A stretch of DNA of 18,655 bases from a virus, in the UHGV virus genome UHGV-2101173, one strand, 5' to 3'. Positions 7,898 to 15,388 of this stretch are shown here, piece after piece (position 1 is the stretch's first letter; the number at the start of each line of letters is the position of its first letter). Under the pieces are notes generated by a model. That model made no database searches and was not told where the DNA came from. It worked only from the letters and a program-made list of their open reading frames with translations. Both the position numbers and the translations under genes were made by a program.

Positions 7898-8551
7898 TTA
7901 ACTAAATGTCTCTTCAGGCCACTGGCTGGCGATAACTTTCCCTACTACGGAACAGCTATCATTGCATGGGATCATTGGATATTGCGGGTTTAGTGGTTGT
8001 AGGAACACCTGACCGCTATCCCTGATCAGTTTCTTGAAGGTAAACTCGTCACCACCAAGTCTGGCTATGCAGAAATCACCTGGCTCAACAGCCTGCTCAG
8101 GGTCAACGAGAATTAACATCCCGTCAGGAAAGCTTGGCTTGGATCCTGTTGGTGCGGTCATGGAATTACCTTCAACTTCAAGCCAAAACGCACAATCACT
8201 GGCTTTTTTGGTTGTGCTGACCCATCTCTCCGCATCGCCTTTGGTAAAGGTTCTAAGCTCAGGCGAGAACATCCCGGCCTGAACATGAGAAAAAACAGGG
8301 TACTCATATTGTTTTTTAACGGGGGCAGATGAGTATTCGCCAACAGGTGAAAATGTACCGTCGTGGTTGAATGAGACGTTATCAATACCAAGGTATTTAA
8401 ACACCACACCAATCTCGTCAAGAGATGGATGACGAGATCCGCGCAACCAGTGACCAATTCCACCCTGCGTCATACCAAGCTCTTCAGCTAACTTCTCTTG
8501 AGTTATGCCGAGCTCTTTCATTCTGGATCTAGCCAGTTCATACCATTTCAT
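7898..8551 (-). CDS. cI: CI-type prophage repressor: lambda-cI-like S24 peptidase C-terminal domain, distinct N-terminal HTH domain
   Basis: ORF track 7898..8632. C-terminal portion ([39 protein letters not shown]...GNSMTAPTG...[25 protein letters not shown]...) is near-identical to lambda cI as recalled, including the AG autocleavage site and Ser/Lys dyad. N-terminal HTH ([20 protein letters not shown]) differs from lambda. Start ambiguous (ATG at 8551 or 8557). Confidence 0.85.
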   Translation of the reverse strand: MKWYELARSRMKELGITQEKLAEELGMTQGGIGHWLRGSRHPSLDEIGVVFKYLGIDNVSFNHDGTFSPVGEYSSAPVKKQYEYPVFSHVQAGMFSPELRTFTKGDAERWVSTTKKASDCAFWLEVEGNSMTAPTGSKPSFPDGMLILVDPEQAVEPGDFCIARLGGDEFTFKKLIRDSGQVFLQPLNPQYPMIPCNDSCSVVGKVIASQWPEETFS

Positions 8552-8613
8552 TTTCATACCCTTATTATTACGCTCTGTACTAAAACCATCCATGCACAAG
8601 ATGTATTTTTTGT

Positions 8614-8642
8614 TTGCATTCCAAAAGTACATATCGTATTAT
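8614..8642 (+). promoter_or_regulatory. pR promoter with overlapping OR1 operator
   Basis: -35 TTGCAT (8614..8619), 17-nt spacer, -10 TATTAT (8637..8642); operator-like 13-mer GTACATATCGTAT (8627..8639) overlaps the spacer and -10. Confidence 0.5.
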
Positions 8643-8668
8643 TGTTTCATGGTTACTATGGAGGGCAT

Positions 8669-8884
8669 ATGAGCAACCTACGAAAATATCGAGAGTCACT
8701 GAATATCTCTCAAACAACACTTGCTAAGGCGGTTGGATGCACACAGGGAGCTATCGGACATTGGGAATCTGGTCGTCGCTTCCCAGACCTTAAAACATGC
8801 CGTGCTCTTGTTGCGTGCCTAAACAAGTTAGGCGCAAAAGTCAGTCTTGATGACGTGTTCCCACCGGAACACAAAGCCGCTTAA
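8669..8884 (+). CDS. cro: Cro-like HTH repressor (71 aa)
   Basis: ATG at 8669 preceded by SD GGAGGG; HTH ISQTTLAKAVGCTQGAIGHWESG. The track ORF 8498..8884 extends upstream through the operator region, so the internal start is preferred. Divergent from cI across pRM/pR. Confidence 0.8.
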   Translation: MSNLRKYRESLNISQTTLAKAVGCTQGAIGHWESGRRFPDLKTCRALVACLNKLGAKVSLDDVFPPEHKAA

Positions 8885-8894
8885 TAAGCGGATC

Positions 8895-8929
8895 CGCTCT
8901 TTATCAATCTGCACCGCCGACAACGCGGT
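8895..8929 (+). promoter_or_regulatory. nutR site (boxA + boxB)
   Basis: boxA CGCTCTTTA (8895..8903), 9-nt spacer, boxB hairpin ACCGC-CGACAAC-GCGGT (8913..8929), immediately downstream of cro. Confidence 0.7.
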
Positions 8930-8993
8930 AACTAATTAATCACTCATCGAAAGATGAGTATTAGTGATTATTTACCTATGGAAATAGTAAGAA

Positions 8994-9290
8994 ATGGAAC
9001 AAACAAGTTACAGCAAACTATCACAGCGCGACGTTGATCGCGCTGAAACAGATTTACTCATCAACCTGTCAACGCTTACACAGCGCGGTCTGGCAAAGAT
9101 GATTGGCTGTCATGAATCGAAGATAAGCAGAACGGACTGGAGATTTATTGCTTCGGTCTTGTGTGCTTTCGGAATGGCATCAGACATCAGTCCGATTAGC
9201 AGGGCTTTTAAGTATGCGCTTGATGGAATCACAAAGAAAAAATCCCCGGTGGCCGCCGGGGACTCTAAGCAAATTGATATGCAATTCTGA
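8994..9290 (+). CDS. cII: CII-like transcriptional activator
   Basis: ORF track; position after cro/nutR; C-terminus ...ITKKKSPVAAGDSKQIDMQF parallels lambda CII ...TNKKRPAATERSEQIQMEF as recalled. Confidence 0.75.
   Translation: MEQTSYSKLSQRDVDRAETDLLINLSTLTQRGLAKMIGCHESKISRTDWRFIASVLCAFGMASDISPISRAFKYALDGITKKKSPVAAGDSKQIDMQF
9003..9016 (-). promoter_or_regulatory. Candidate CII-binding repeat (pRE -35 region)
   Basis: Minus-strand TTGC-N6-TTGT (reverse complement of plus acaagttacagcaa), overlapping the first codons of cII as in lambda pRE. Confidence 0.3.
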
Positions 9291-9311
9291 GGGAATTACT
9301 GGATCAATCCA
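9237..9311 (-). ncRNA. oop: OOP-like antisense RNA with pO promoter and intrinsic terminator
   Basis: Minus-strand terminator inside the cII 3' end: stem ccccgg/ccgggg (plus 9244..9261) followed by U6 (plus A-run 9237..9242). Candidate pO on the minus strand: -35 TTGAGT (plus 9343..9348), 17-nt spacer, -10 CATAAT (plus 9320..9325). The predicted 5' sequence TTGATCCAGTAAT resembles the lambda OOP 5' end as recalled. Confidence 0.6.
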
Positions 9312-9322
9312 CAGGAGTCATT

Positions 9323-10168
9323 ATGACAAATACAGCAAAAATACTCAACTTCGGCAGAGGTAACTTTGCCGAACAGGAGCTAAGAGTGGCTGATATCGAT
9401 GATGGTTACACCAGATTCGCTAACGAGCTGCTGGAAGCTATCGCAAGTGCCGATTTAACCGCTCGCCAGTTGAAAGTTATGCTGGCCTACGTCCGGAAAA
9501 CATATGGATTCAATAAGAAAACAGATCGAATAGCCGATGAGCAAATTGCTCAGTTAACAGGACTGTCAAGGCAGAATGTTAACAAGGCTAAAAAAGAACT
9601 GATTTCAATGAATTGCCTGTTTATGGATGGAAATAAAATCGGTGTAAACAGGGAGGTATCTGCGTGGCAATTCAGCAAGTGTCTCCAAGTTAGCAACTTT
9701 GTCTCGAAGTTAGAGACAAAAAATGTCTCCAAATTAGAGACACTCAATGTCTCGAAGTTAGAGACACACAAAAGACATTCTTTAAAGACAAAAGAAAATA
9801 TTAATAAACCCCCTATATCCCCCAAAAAAATTTCTCAGAAGTTCGACCCGCTAGAAACAGAGTTGCCTGATTGGTTATCGGCAGAAACATGGTTGTCGTG
9901 GGTTACCTATCGCAAGGAGATAGGTAAGTCGATCAAGTCTAAGCAAAGCGTCACTCAGGCTATCAACGTTCTAAGCAGAAGTCTGGAGAAGGGATATACA
10001 CCTGAAGAAATTATAAACCAGAGCATCGCCAGTGGTTGGCAGGGGATTTTTGAACCCAAGACTCCAAAGGGGAAATCTCAACCGAGGCCGCAGCAGCGAG
10101 CTATGCAGGAAAACTTTGCCGCCAAAGATTACGGGCAAACTGAAATGCCTTCATGGGCGCAGGAGTGA
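9323..10168 (+). CDS. O: Replication initiator O (lambda O-like N-terminal domain)
   Basis: ORF track; N-terminus MTNTAKILNFGRGNFAEQELRVADIDDGY... closely matches lambda O as recalled; contains the ori iterons and AT-rich segment. Confidence 0.9.
   Translation: MTNTAKILNFGRGNFAEQELRVADIDDGYTRFANELLEAIASADLTARQLKVMLAYVRKTYGFNKKTDRIADEQIAQLTGLSRQNVNKAKKELISMNCLFMDGNKIGVNREVSAWQFSKCLQVSNFVSKLETKNVSKLETLNVSKLETHKRHSLKTKENINKPPISPKKISQKFDPLETELPDWLSAETWLSWVTYRKEIGKSIKSKQSVTQAINVLSRSLEKGYTPEEIINQSIASGWQGIFEPKTPKGKSQPRPQQRAMQENFAAKDYGQTEMPSWAQE
9681..9766. repeat. Origin iterons (four ~18-bp palindromic repeats at ~24-bp spacing) inside O
   Basis: Repeats of GTCTC(C/G)AA(G/A)TTAGAGACA starting at 9681 (degenerate), 9701, 9725, 9749; followed by an A/T-rich segment at 9767..9830. 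Confidence 0.8.
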
Positions 10169-10170
10169 AC

Positions 10171-11016
10171 ATGACGCTGGATGAAAAGATCTCCCAACTG
10201 GAGAAAAAACTTGCAGAATTGAGTTCTCCGCCAATTGCTATCGAGCATACAGCTGTAGAAATTGGCACTGGCATCTGTGAAAAACATGGTGAGTTTGAGC
10301 AGCGTAACCGTTACTCGACTGGGCCAATTAAGTTTGCCTCAAGACCTAGCGAATGCCCGGAATGCATGAGAGATGAGCTTATTCGGCTACAGGCAGAGAA
10401 GATTAAAATCGACGAAGAATCACGTAAGCGCAATGTCGAGTTTCTGTTGAATAATCTTGATATTCCTGAACGATTCAAGGGTTGCACACTACAGAACTAC
10501 GAGCCAGTCAACGACGATGCAAAGAGAGTGCTCAGGGTGTGTCAGGCATACGCCAGCAAATGGCCTGAGAGGTTACAGAAAGGCGGTGGGCTGGTTATGT
10601 GCGGAAAGCCTGGTACTGGAAAGAATCATCTTGCACTGGCTATCGCCCGGCACGCAATTACGGAACATCAAAGCTCAGCTATTTTCACAACGGCGCTGAA
10701 AATTGCCAGAGAATATAAATCAACATGGTCTAAAAACTCCACCCGCACAGAGGATGAAGTGATCCGACAGTTCACTAAACCTGACCTGCTAATTATCGAT
10801 GAGGTTGGTGTGCAGTTTGGAAGCGAGGCGGAAAAGATGATCATGTTCGAAATCATCAACACCCGCTACGAGTGCATGAAGCCAACAATCCTGATTAGCA
10901 ACCAGAGCAAAGATGAACTGTCTGCATTCATTGGTGAGCGTGTTATTGACAGGATGAATGATGGCGGCGGGTGCACTCTTGCGTTTACATGGGATAGTTA
11001 CAGGAGCAGATCGTGA
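10171..11016 (+). CDS. DnaC-type helicase loader (AAA+ ATPase) in the position of lambda P
   Basis: ORF track 10153..11016; preferred start ATG at 10171 after SD AGGAG. Walker A GKPGTGKN, Walker B LLIIDEVG; N-terminal Cys/His cluster (CEKHGEF...CPEC). Confidence 0.85.
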   Translation: MTLDEKISQLEKKLAELSSPPIAIEHTAVEIGTGICEKHGEFEQRNRYSTGPIKFASRPSECPECMRDELIRLQAEKIKIDEESRKRNVEFLLNNLDIPERFKGCTLQNYEPVNDDAKRVLRVCQAYASKWPERLQKGGGLVMCGKPGTGKNHLALAIARHAITEHQSSAIFTTALKIAREYKSTWSKNSTRTEDEVIRQFTKPDLLIIDEVGVQFGSEAEKMIMFEIINTRYECMKPTILISNQSKDELSAFIGERVIDRMNDGGGCTLAFTWDSYRSRS

Positions 11017-11303
11017 CTGGAAAAGAAATCATCCTGGAATATCTGAAAACTCATGAACAATTCTCCCCACATGAATTAGCACTGATCACCGGAATACCAA
11101 ATAACAGAATCGCTCAAGCAGCAAGGCATATGGTGAAACAAGGGAATTTGAGTGTTGTTGAGCGTAAGTGGAAGACGGTTATTTATGCAAAACGCAAAGT
11201 GAAGAAGGAGCCAATTAAAAGAAATCCAGATGGTACGGGGTGGGGATGTGCAAATCCAATGACGGCGTTTATTAATAGGGCGCTTATGGAGGTAAGGCAA
11301 TGA
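11013..11303 (+). CDS. ren: Ren-like protein
   Basis: ORF track (GTG start overlapping the loader stop). N-terminus MTGKEIILEYLKTHEQFSPHELALITG resembles lambda Ren as recalled. Confidence 0.65.
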   Translation: MTGKEIILEYLKTHEQFSPHELALITGIPNNRIAQAARHMVKQGNLSVVERKWKTVIYAKRKVKKEPIKRNPDGTGWGCANPMTAFINRALMEVRQ

Positions 11304-11328
11304 CCATCTACATCACTGAGCTAATAAC

Positions 11329-11360
11329 AGGCCTGCTGGTAATCGCAGGCCTTTTTATTT
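11329..11360 (+). terminator. tR2-like intrinsic terminator
   Basis: 8-bp stem aggcctgc/gcaggcct (11329..11352) followed by TTTTATTT; located between ren and ninB. Confidence 0.75.
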
Positions 11361-11376
11361 GGGGGAGAGGGAAGTC

Positions 11377-11817
11377 ATGAAAAAACTAACCTTTGAAATT
11401 CGATCTCCAGCACATCAGCAAAACGCTATTCACGCGGTACAGCAAATTCTTCCAGACCCAACCAAACCAATCGTAGTAACCATTCAGGAACGCAACCGCA
11501 GCTTAGACCAAAATCGGAAGCTTTGGGCTTGCCTTGGTGACGTCTCTCGTCAGGTTGAATGGCATGGTCGCTGGCTGGATGCAGAAAGCTGGAAGTGTGT
11601 GTTTACCGCAGCATTAAAGCAGCAGGACGTTGTTCCTAACCTTGCCGGGAATGGCTTTGTGGTAATAGGCCAGTCAACCAGCAGGATGCGTGTAAGCGAA
11701 TTTGCGGAGCTATTAGAGCTTATACAGGCATTCGGTACAGAGCGTGGCGTTAAGTGGTCAGACGAAGCGCGACTGGCTCTCGAATGGAAAGCGCGATGGG
11801 GAGATCGGGCTGCATGA
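11377..11817 (+). CDS. ninB: NinB recombination protein
   Basis: ORF track 11359..11817 (TTG); preferred start ATG at 11377 after SD GAGAGGGAAG. MKKLTFEIRSPAHQQNAIHAVQQIL... matches lambda NinB as recalled. Confidence 0.85.
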   Translation: MKKLTFEIRSPAHQQNAIHAVQQILPDPTKPIVVTIQERNRSLDQNRKLWACLGDVSRQVEWHGRWLDAESWKCVFTAALKQQDVVPNLAGNGFVVIGQSTSRMRVSEFAELLELIQAFGTERGVKWSDEARLALEWKARWGDRAA

Positions 11818-12341
11818 CTATCAAATCAAATACGCCAGCACACGACAAGGACTGCTGGCAAACGCCGCTTTGGCTTTTTGATGCACTGGATATTGAGTTT
11901 GGATTCTGGCTGGATTCGGCAGCGAGCGACAAAAATGCTCTGTGTGCTCACTGGCTAACTGAGGCCGACGACGCGCTCAATTCTGAGTGGGTAAGCCACG
12001 GTGCAATCTGGAATAACCCACCGTACAGCAATATCAGGCCGTGGGTGGAAAAAGCTGCTGAGCAGTGCATACAACAGCGACAGACGGTAGTTATGCTTGT
12101 GCCAGAGGATATGTCAGTCGGATGGTTCAGCAAGGCTCTGGAGAGTGTCGACGAAGTTCGCATTATCACTGATGGACGGATTAATTTTATCGAACCATCG
12201 ACAGGGCTGGAGAAGAAGGGAAACAGCAAAGGCTCCATGCTGCTGATTTGGCGACCGTTCATCAGTCCTCGACGGATGTTTACTACCGTATCCAAAGCGG
12301 CATTGATGGCGATCGGGCAGGGTGTCAGGAGGGCGGCATGA
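11814..12341 (+). CDS. Phage DNA N6-adenine methyltransferase (Dam-type)
   Basis: 3' part of track ORF 11754..12341; ATG at 11814 overlaps the ninB stop (ATGA). Contains the NPPY catalytic motif (...[15 protein letters not shown]...). Confidence 0.8.
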   Translation: MTIKSNTPAHDKDCWQTPLWLFDALDIEFGFWLDSAASDKNALCAHWLTEADDALNSEWVSHGAIWNNPPYSNIRPWVEKAAEQCIQQRQTVVMLVPEDMSVGWFSKALESVDEVRIITDGRINFIEPSTGLEKKGNSKGSMLLIWRPFISPRRMFTTVSKAALMAIGQGVRRAA

Positions 12342-12514
12342 GGCGACAGCGACGAAGTATCACCGACATCATCTGCGAAAACTGCAAATACCTTCCAACG
12401 AAACGCTCCAGAAATAAACGCAAGCCAATCCCAAAAGAATCTGACGTAAAAACCTTCAACTACACGGCTCACCTGTGGGATATCCGGTGGCTAAGACATC
12501 GTGCGAGGAAATGA
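12338..12514 (+). CDS. ninE: NinE
   Basis: 3' part of track ORF 12248..12514; ATG at 12338 overlaps the methyltransferase stop. [58 protein letters not shown] matches lambda NinE as recalled. Confidence 0.8.
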   Translation: MRRQRRSITDIICENCKYLPTKRSRNKRKPIPKESDVKTFNYTAHLWDIRWLRHRARK

Positions 12515-12915
12515 CAATGGATTATTCACAGTTAAGTGATTTTGAAATTAACGTGGCGGTATTCGAATCCATTCATAACGGATCACCGGATTACAAAGAA
12601 GGTGAGAATGGCGATATGGTGTTTGTCTCATTTGAGGGAGACATTGTAAACGGAGACGCAGTTGAAGTAGAAGTTGAGCGCGGATCCTTTAACCCATGCG
12701 TAAACCCAGCAGACGCATGGCCGATTATCACTGAAAACAAAATTAGCACCATGTGGATGACAGCGGAAAAAGAATGGTGCGCATGGTCAGGAGGTGATTT
12801 AGAGGAAGGTTGTTGGGAATGGGAAAATATTCCTGACTACTGCTTCTGCGGTGAATCGCCTCTCCGCGCAGCCATGATTGTATTTCTCATGATGCAGGAC
12901 GCCAATAATGCTTAG
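12511..12915 (+). CDS. Hypothetical nin-region protein (possibly DUF2591-like)
   Basis: 3' part of track ORF 12475..12915; ATG at 12511 overlaps the ninE stop. Acidic, Trp/Cys-containing (...[35 protein letters not shown]...). Family assignment tentative. Confidence 0.5.
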   Translation: MTMDYSQLSDFEINVAVFESIHNGSPDYKEGENGDMVFVSFEGDIVNGDAVEVEVERGSFNPCVNPADAWPIITENKISTMWMTAEKEWCAWSGGDLEEGCWEWENIPDYCFCGESPLRAAMIVFLMMQDANNA

Positions 12916-13084
12916 CCCATCCCAATCCCTTCAATACCAGAAAGAAAGCGTCGAGCGAGCTTTAACGTGCGCTAACTGCGGTCAGAAGCTGCATGTGCTG
13001 GAAGTTCACATGTGTGAGCACTGCTGCGCAGAACTGATGAGCGATCCGAATAGCTCAATGTACGAGGAAGAAGACGATGAATGA
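12908..13084 (+). CDS. ninF: NinF
   Basis: Hand-translated 58 aa, below track threshold: [58 protein letters not shown]; matches lambda NinF as recalled. Confidence 0.75.
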   Translation: MLSPSQSLQYQKESVERALTCANCGQKLHVLEVHMCEHCCAELMSDPNSSMYEEEDDE

Positions 13085-13799
13085 GTTAATAAATGGCAAT
13101 GCCATCAAAATGACAAGCATTGAAATCGCTGAGTTGGTGGGTAAGCGTCATGACAATGTGAAACGTACCATCGAAACGCTGGCTAAAAATGGTGTTATCC
13201 GGCTTCCTCAAATTGAGGTTTCCGAAAGAATCAATAACTTAGGGTTCAATGTTCAGTACGAGCATTACGTCTTCGAGGGCGAACAAGGTAAGCGAGACAG
13301 TATTGTCGTTGTAGCCCAGTTGTCGCCGGAATTCACGGCTCGCCTTGTTGACCGTTGGCGAGAGCTTGAAGAAGCTGCGGTTAATATCCCAAAAACGCTA
13401 CCAGAAGCGTTGCGCCTTGCTGCTGACCTTGCTGAGCAGAAAATGCAACTGGAAAACCAGCTCGCAATTGCCGCACCTAAAGTTGAGTTTGCCGATCGCG
13501 TTGGCGAGGCCAGCGGAATTTTGATTGGAAACTTTGCAAAGGTTGTTGGAATTGGTCCAAACAAACTGTTTGCGTGGATGCGCGATCACAAAATCCTTAT
13601 TGCTTCAGGTTCCCGGCGCAATGTGCCAATGCAGGAATATATGGATCGCGGCTATTTCACAGTGAAAGAAACAGCGTTCAACACAAATCACGGAATACAG
13701 ATATCGTTCACCACAAAAATCACCGGGCGTGGTCAACAGTGGCTGACCAGAAGGCTGCTCTATAGCGGAATGCTGAAAGTAACAGGGGAGGCTGCTTAA
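13077..13799 (+). CDS. Antirepressor-like protein (N-terminal Rha/AntA-like domain + C-terminal KilAC/ANT domain)
   Basis: ORF track; N-terminus ...MTSIEIAELVGKRHDNVKRTIETL...; C-terminus ...FAKVVGIGPNKLFAWMRDHKILIASGSRRNVPMQEYMDRGYFTVKE typical of phage ANT domains. Confidence 0.7.
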   Translation: MNELINGNAIKMTSIEIAELVGKRHDNVKRTIETLAKNGVIRLPQIEVSERINNLGFNVQYEHYVFEGEQGKRDSIVVVAQLSPEFTARLVDRWRELEEAAVNIPKTLPEALRLAADLAEQKMQLENQLAIAAPKVEFADRVGEASGILIGNFAKVVGIGPNKLFAWMRDHKILIASGSRRNVPMQEYMDRGYFTVKETAFNTNHGIQISFTTKITGRGQQWLTRRLLYSGMLKVTGEAA

Positions 13800-14089
13800 T
13801 GGCTAAACTACGCAAAGAAGCGCGCGGCAGAGAATGCCAGGTACGTATTTACGGCGTATGCAATGGCAACCCTGAAACTACAGTTCTGGCACATTACCGG
13901 ATGGCTGGAATTTGCGGAACGGGAATGAAGCCTGACGACCTGATCGGAGCATGGGCTTGTAGCGCGTGTCACGATGAAATCGACCGACGCACCCATAAAC
14001 TCGACAACAAAGACGCCAGACTTTACCACCTGGAAGGCGTGATCAGGACGCAGGCGATACTGCTGAAGGAGGGGAAGATTAAGCCATGA
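13799..14089 (+). CDS. YbcO-like DUF1364 protein (putative zinc-binding nuclease)
   Basis: ORF track; 96 aa, Cys/His-rich (C..C...CGTGM...CSACHDE). Size and position upstream of rusA match DLP12 YbcO as recalled. Confidence 0.6.
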   Translation: MAKLRKEARGRECQVRIYGVCNGNPETTVLAHYRMAGICGTGMKPDDLIGAWACSACHDEIDRRTHKLDNKDARLYHLEGVIRTQAILLKEGKIKP

Positions 14090-14448
14090 ACGAATATCAG
14101 TTTGTGCTTCCATACCCGCCGTCGGTGAACACCTACTGGCGAAGACGGGGAAGCCAATACTACATCAGCGATAAAGGCCAGAAATACCGAAAAGACGTTC
14201 AGCAAATCATCCGCCAACTTAAGTTAGACATTTTCACCAAATCACGACTCCGCATCAAAGTCATCGCAGACGTTCCAGACTCCCGCCGCCGCGACCTCGA
14301 CAACATCCTGAAAGGTTTACTCGACTCCCTTATCCACGCCGGATTTGCGGAAGACGACGAGCAATTCGATGACATTCGCGTAATTCGTGGTGTGAAAGTA
14401 CCAGGCGGACGGCTTGGAATAAAAATCACCGAACTGGAGAACGCATGA
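14086..14448 (+). CDS. rusA: RusA-type Holliday junction resolvase
   Basis: ORF track; MNEYQFVLPYPPSVNTYWRRRG... and catalytic-region motif RRRDLDNILKGLLDSL characteristic of RusA. Confidence 0.85.
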   Translation: MNEYQFVLPYPPSVNTYWRRRGSQYYISDKGQKYRKDVQQIIRQLKLDIFTKSRLRIKVIADVPDSRRRDLDNILKGLLDSLIHAGFAEDDEQFDDIRVIRGVKVPGGRLGIKITELENA

Positions 14449-14633
14449 ACGCCACAATTCAAACGATACCAGAGCTTCTTATCCAGACACGAGGCAATCA
14501 GACCGAAGTGGCGAGGATGCTTTCCTGTGCAAGAGGAACAGTGCTCAAGTACAACCGAGACAGCAAAGGCGAGCGTCACGTAATAGTTAACGGCGTCCTG
14601 ATGGTCAAACAAGGCAAGAGGGGAAGACGATGA
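14445..14633 (+). CDS. ninH: NinH-like protein
   Basis: ORF track; ...TIPELLIQTRGNQTEVARMLSCARGTVLKYNRD... parallels lambda NinH as recalled; immediately upstream of Q. Confidence 0.7.
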   Translation: MNATIQTIPELLIQTRGNQTEVARMLSCARGTVLKYNRDSKGERHVIVNGVLMVKQGKRGRR

Positions 14634-15253
14634 GACTCGAAAGCGTAGCTAAATTTCATTCGCCAAAAAGCCCGATGATGAGCGACTCACCACGGGCTAC
14701 GGCTTCTGACTCTCTTTCCGGTACTGATGTGATGGCTGCTATGGGGATGGCGCAATCACAAGCCGGATTCGGAATGGCTGCATTCTGTGGTAAGCACGAA
14801 CTCAGCCAGAACGACAAACAAAAGGCTATCAACTATCTGATGCAATTTGCACACAAGGTATCGGGGAAATACCGTGGCGTGGCAAAGCTTGAAGGAAATA
14901 CTAAGGCAAAGGTACTGCAAGTGCTCGCAACATTCGCTTATGCGGATTATTGCCGTAGTGCCGCGACGCCGGGCGCAAGATGCAGAGATTGCCACGGTAC
15001 AGGCCGTGCGGTTGATATAGCCAAAACGGAGCAGTGGGGGAGAGTTGTTGAGAAAGAGTGCGGAAGATGCAAAGGTGTCGGCTATTCAAGAATGCCAGCA
15101 AGCGCCGCATATCGCGCTGTAACGATGCTAATCCCAAACCTTACTCAACCCACCTGGTCACGCACTGTTAAGCCGCTGTATGACGCTCTGGTGGTGCAAT
15201 GCCACAAAGAAGAGTCAATTGCAGACAACATTTTGAATGCGGTCACACGTTAG
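14630..15253 (+). CDS. Q: Late-gene antiterminator Q (lambda Q type)
   Basis: ORF track; 207 aa beginning MRLESVAKFHSPKSPMMSDSPRATASD... with zinc-binding CRDCHGTGRA...CGRCKGVG; near-identical to lambda Q as recalled. Confidence 0.9.
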   Translation: MRLESVAKFHSPKSPMMSDSPRATASDSLSGTDVMAAMGMAQSQAGFGMAAFCGKHELSQNDKQKAINYLMQFAHKVSGKYRGVAKLEGNTKAKVLQVLATFAYADYCRSAATPGARCRDCHGTGRAVDIAKTEQWGRVVEKECGRCKGVGYSRMPASAAYRAVTMLIPNLTQPTWSRTVKPLYDALVVQCHKEESIADNILNAVTR

Positions 15254-15295
15254 CGGCATGATTGCCACGGATGGCAACATATTAACGACATGATA

Positions 15296-15324
15296 TTGAC
15301 TTTTTGAATAAAGTTGGGTAAATT
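15296..15324 (+). promoter_or_regulatory. pR' late promoter (with adjacent qut region)
   Basis: -35 TTGACT (15296..15301), 17-nt spacer, -10 TAAATT (15319..15324), followed by tgactcAACGAT as in lambda pR'/qut. Confidence 0.75.
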
Positions 15325-15359
15325 TGACTCAACGATGGATAAATGCACTCGTTAAATAA

Positions 15360-15388
15360 AGCCCTGAGTTAATAGCTCGGGGCTTTTT
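15360..15388 (+). terminator. tR'-like intrinsic terminator about 57 nt downstream of the pR' start
   Basis: 9-bp stem (one G-U) agccctgag/ctcggggct with 7-nt loop, followed by TTTTT (15384..15388). Confidence 0.7.

Noticed and set aside
8498-8668. N-terminal extension of the cro ORF (track start 8498) and of the cI ORF (track start 8632)
   Set aside because: The extensions run through the divergent promoter/operator region. Internal starts (cro 8669 with SD; cI 8551 or 8557) give proteins of canonical size beginning just before the HTH.
8937-8973. Hairpin (actcatc-gaaa-gatgagt, with outer taatc/gatta arms) downstream of nutR as a tR1 intrinsic terminator
   Set aside because: The stem is AT-rich with an internal bulge and the trailing T-run is short. 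Lambda tR1 is mainly Rho-dependent, so I did not call this as a feature.
9681-9766. Regularly spaced short repeats that could be mistaken for a CRISPR array
   Set aside because: Only four units, palindromic, inside the O coding sequence and followed by an A/T-rich segment: the lambdoid origin iteron arrangement, not repeat-spacer architecture.
10457-10862. Track ORFs 10457..10699 (+) and 10668..10862 (-) inside the helicase-loader gene, and 14756..15137 (-) inside Q
   Set aside because: Embedded in alternative frames of strongly supported genes with recognisable motifs; no independent support.
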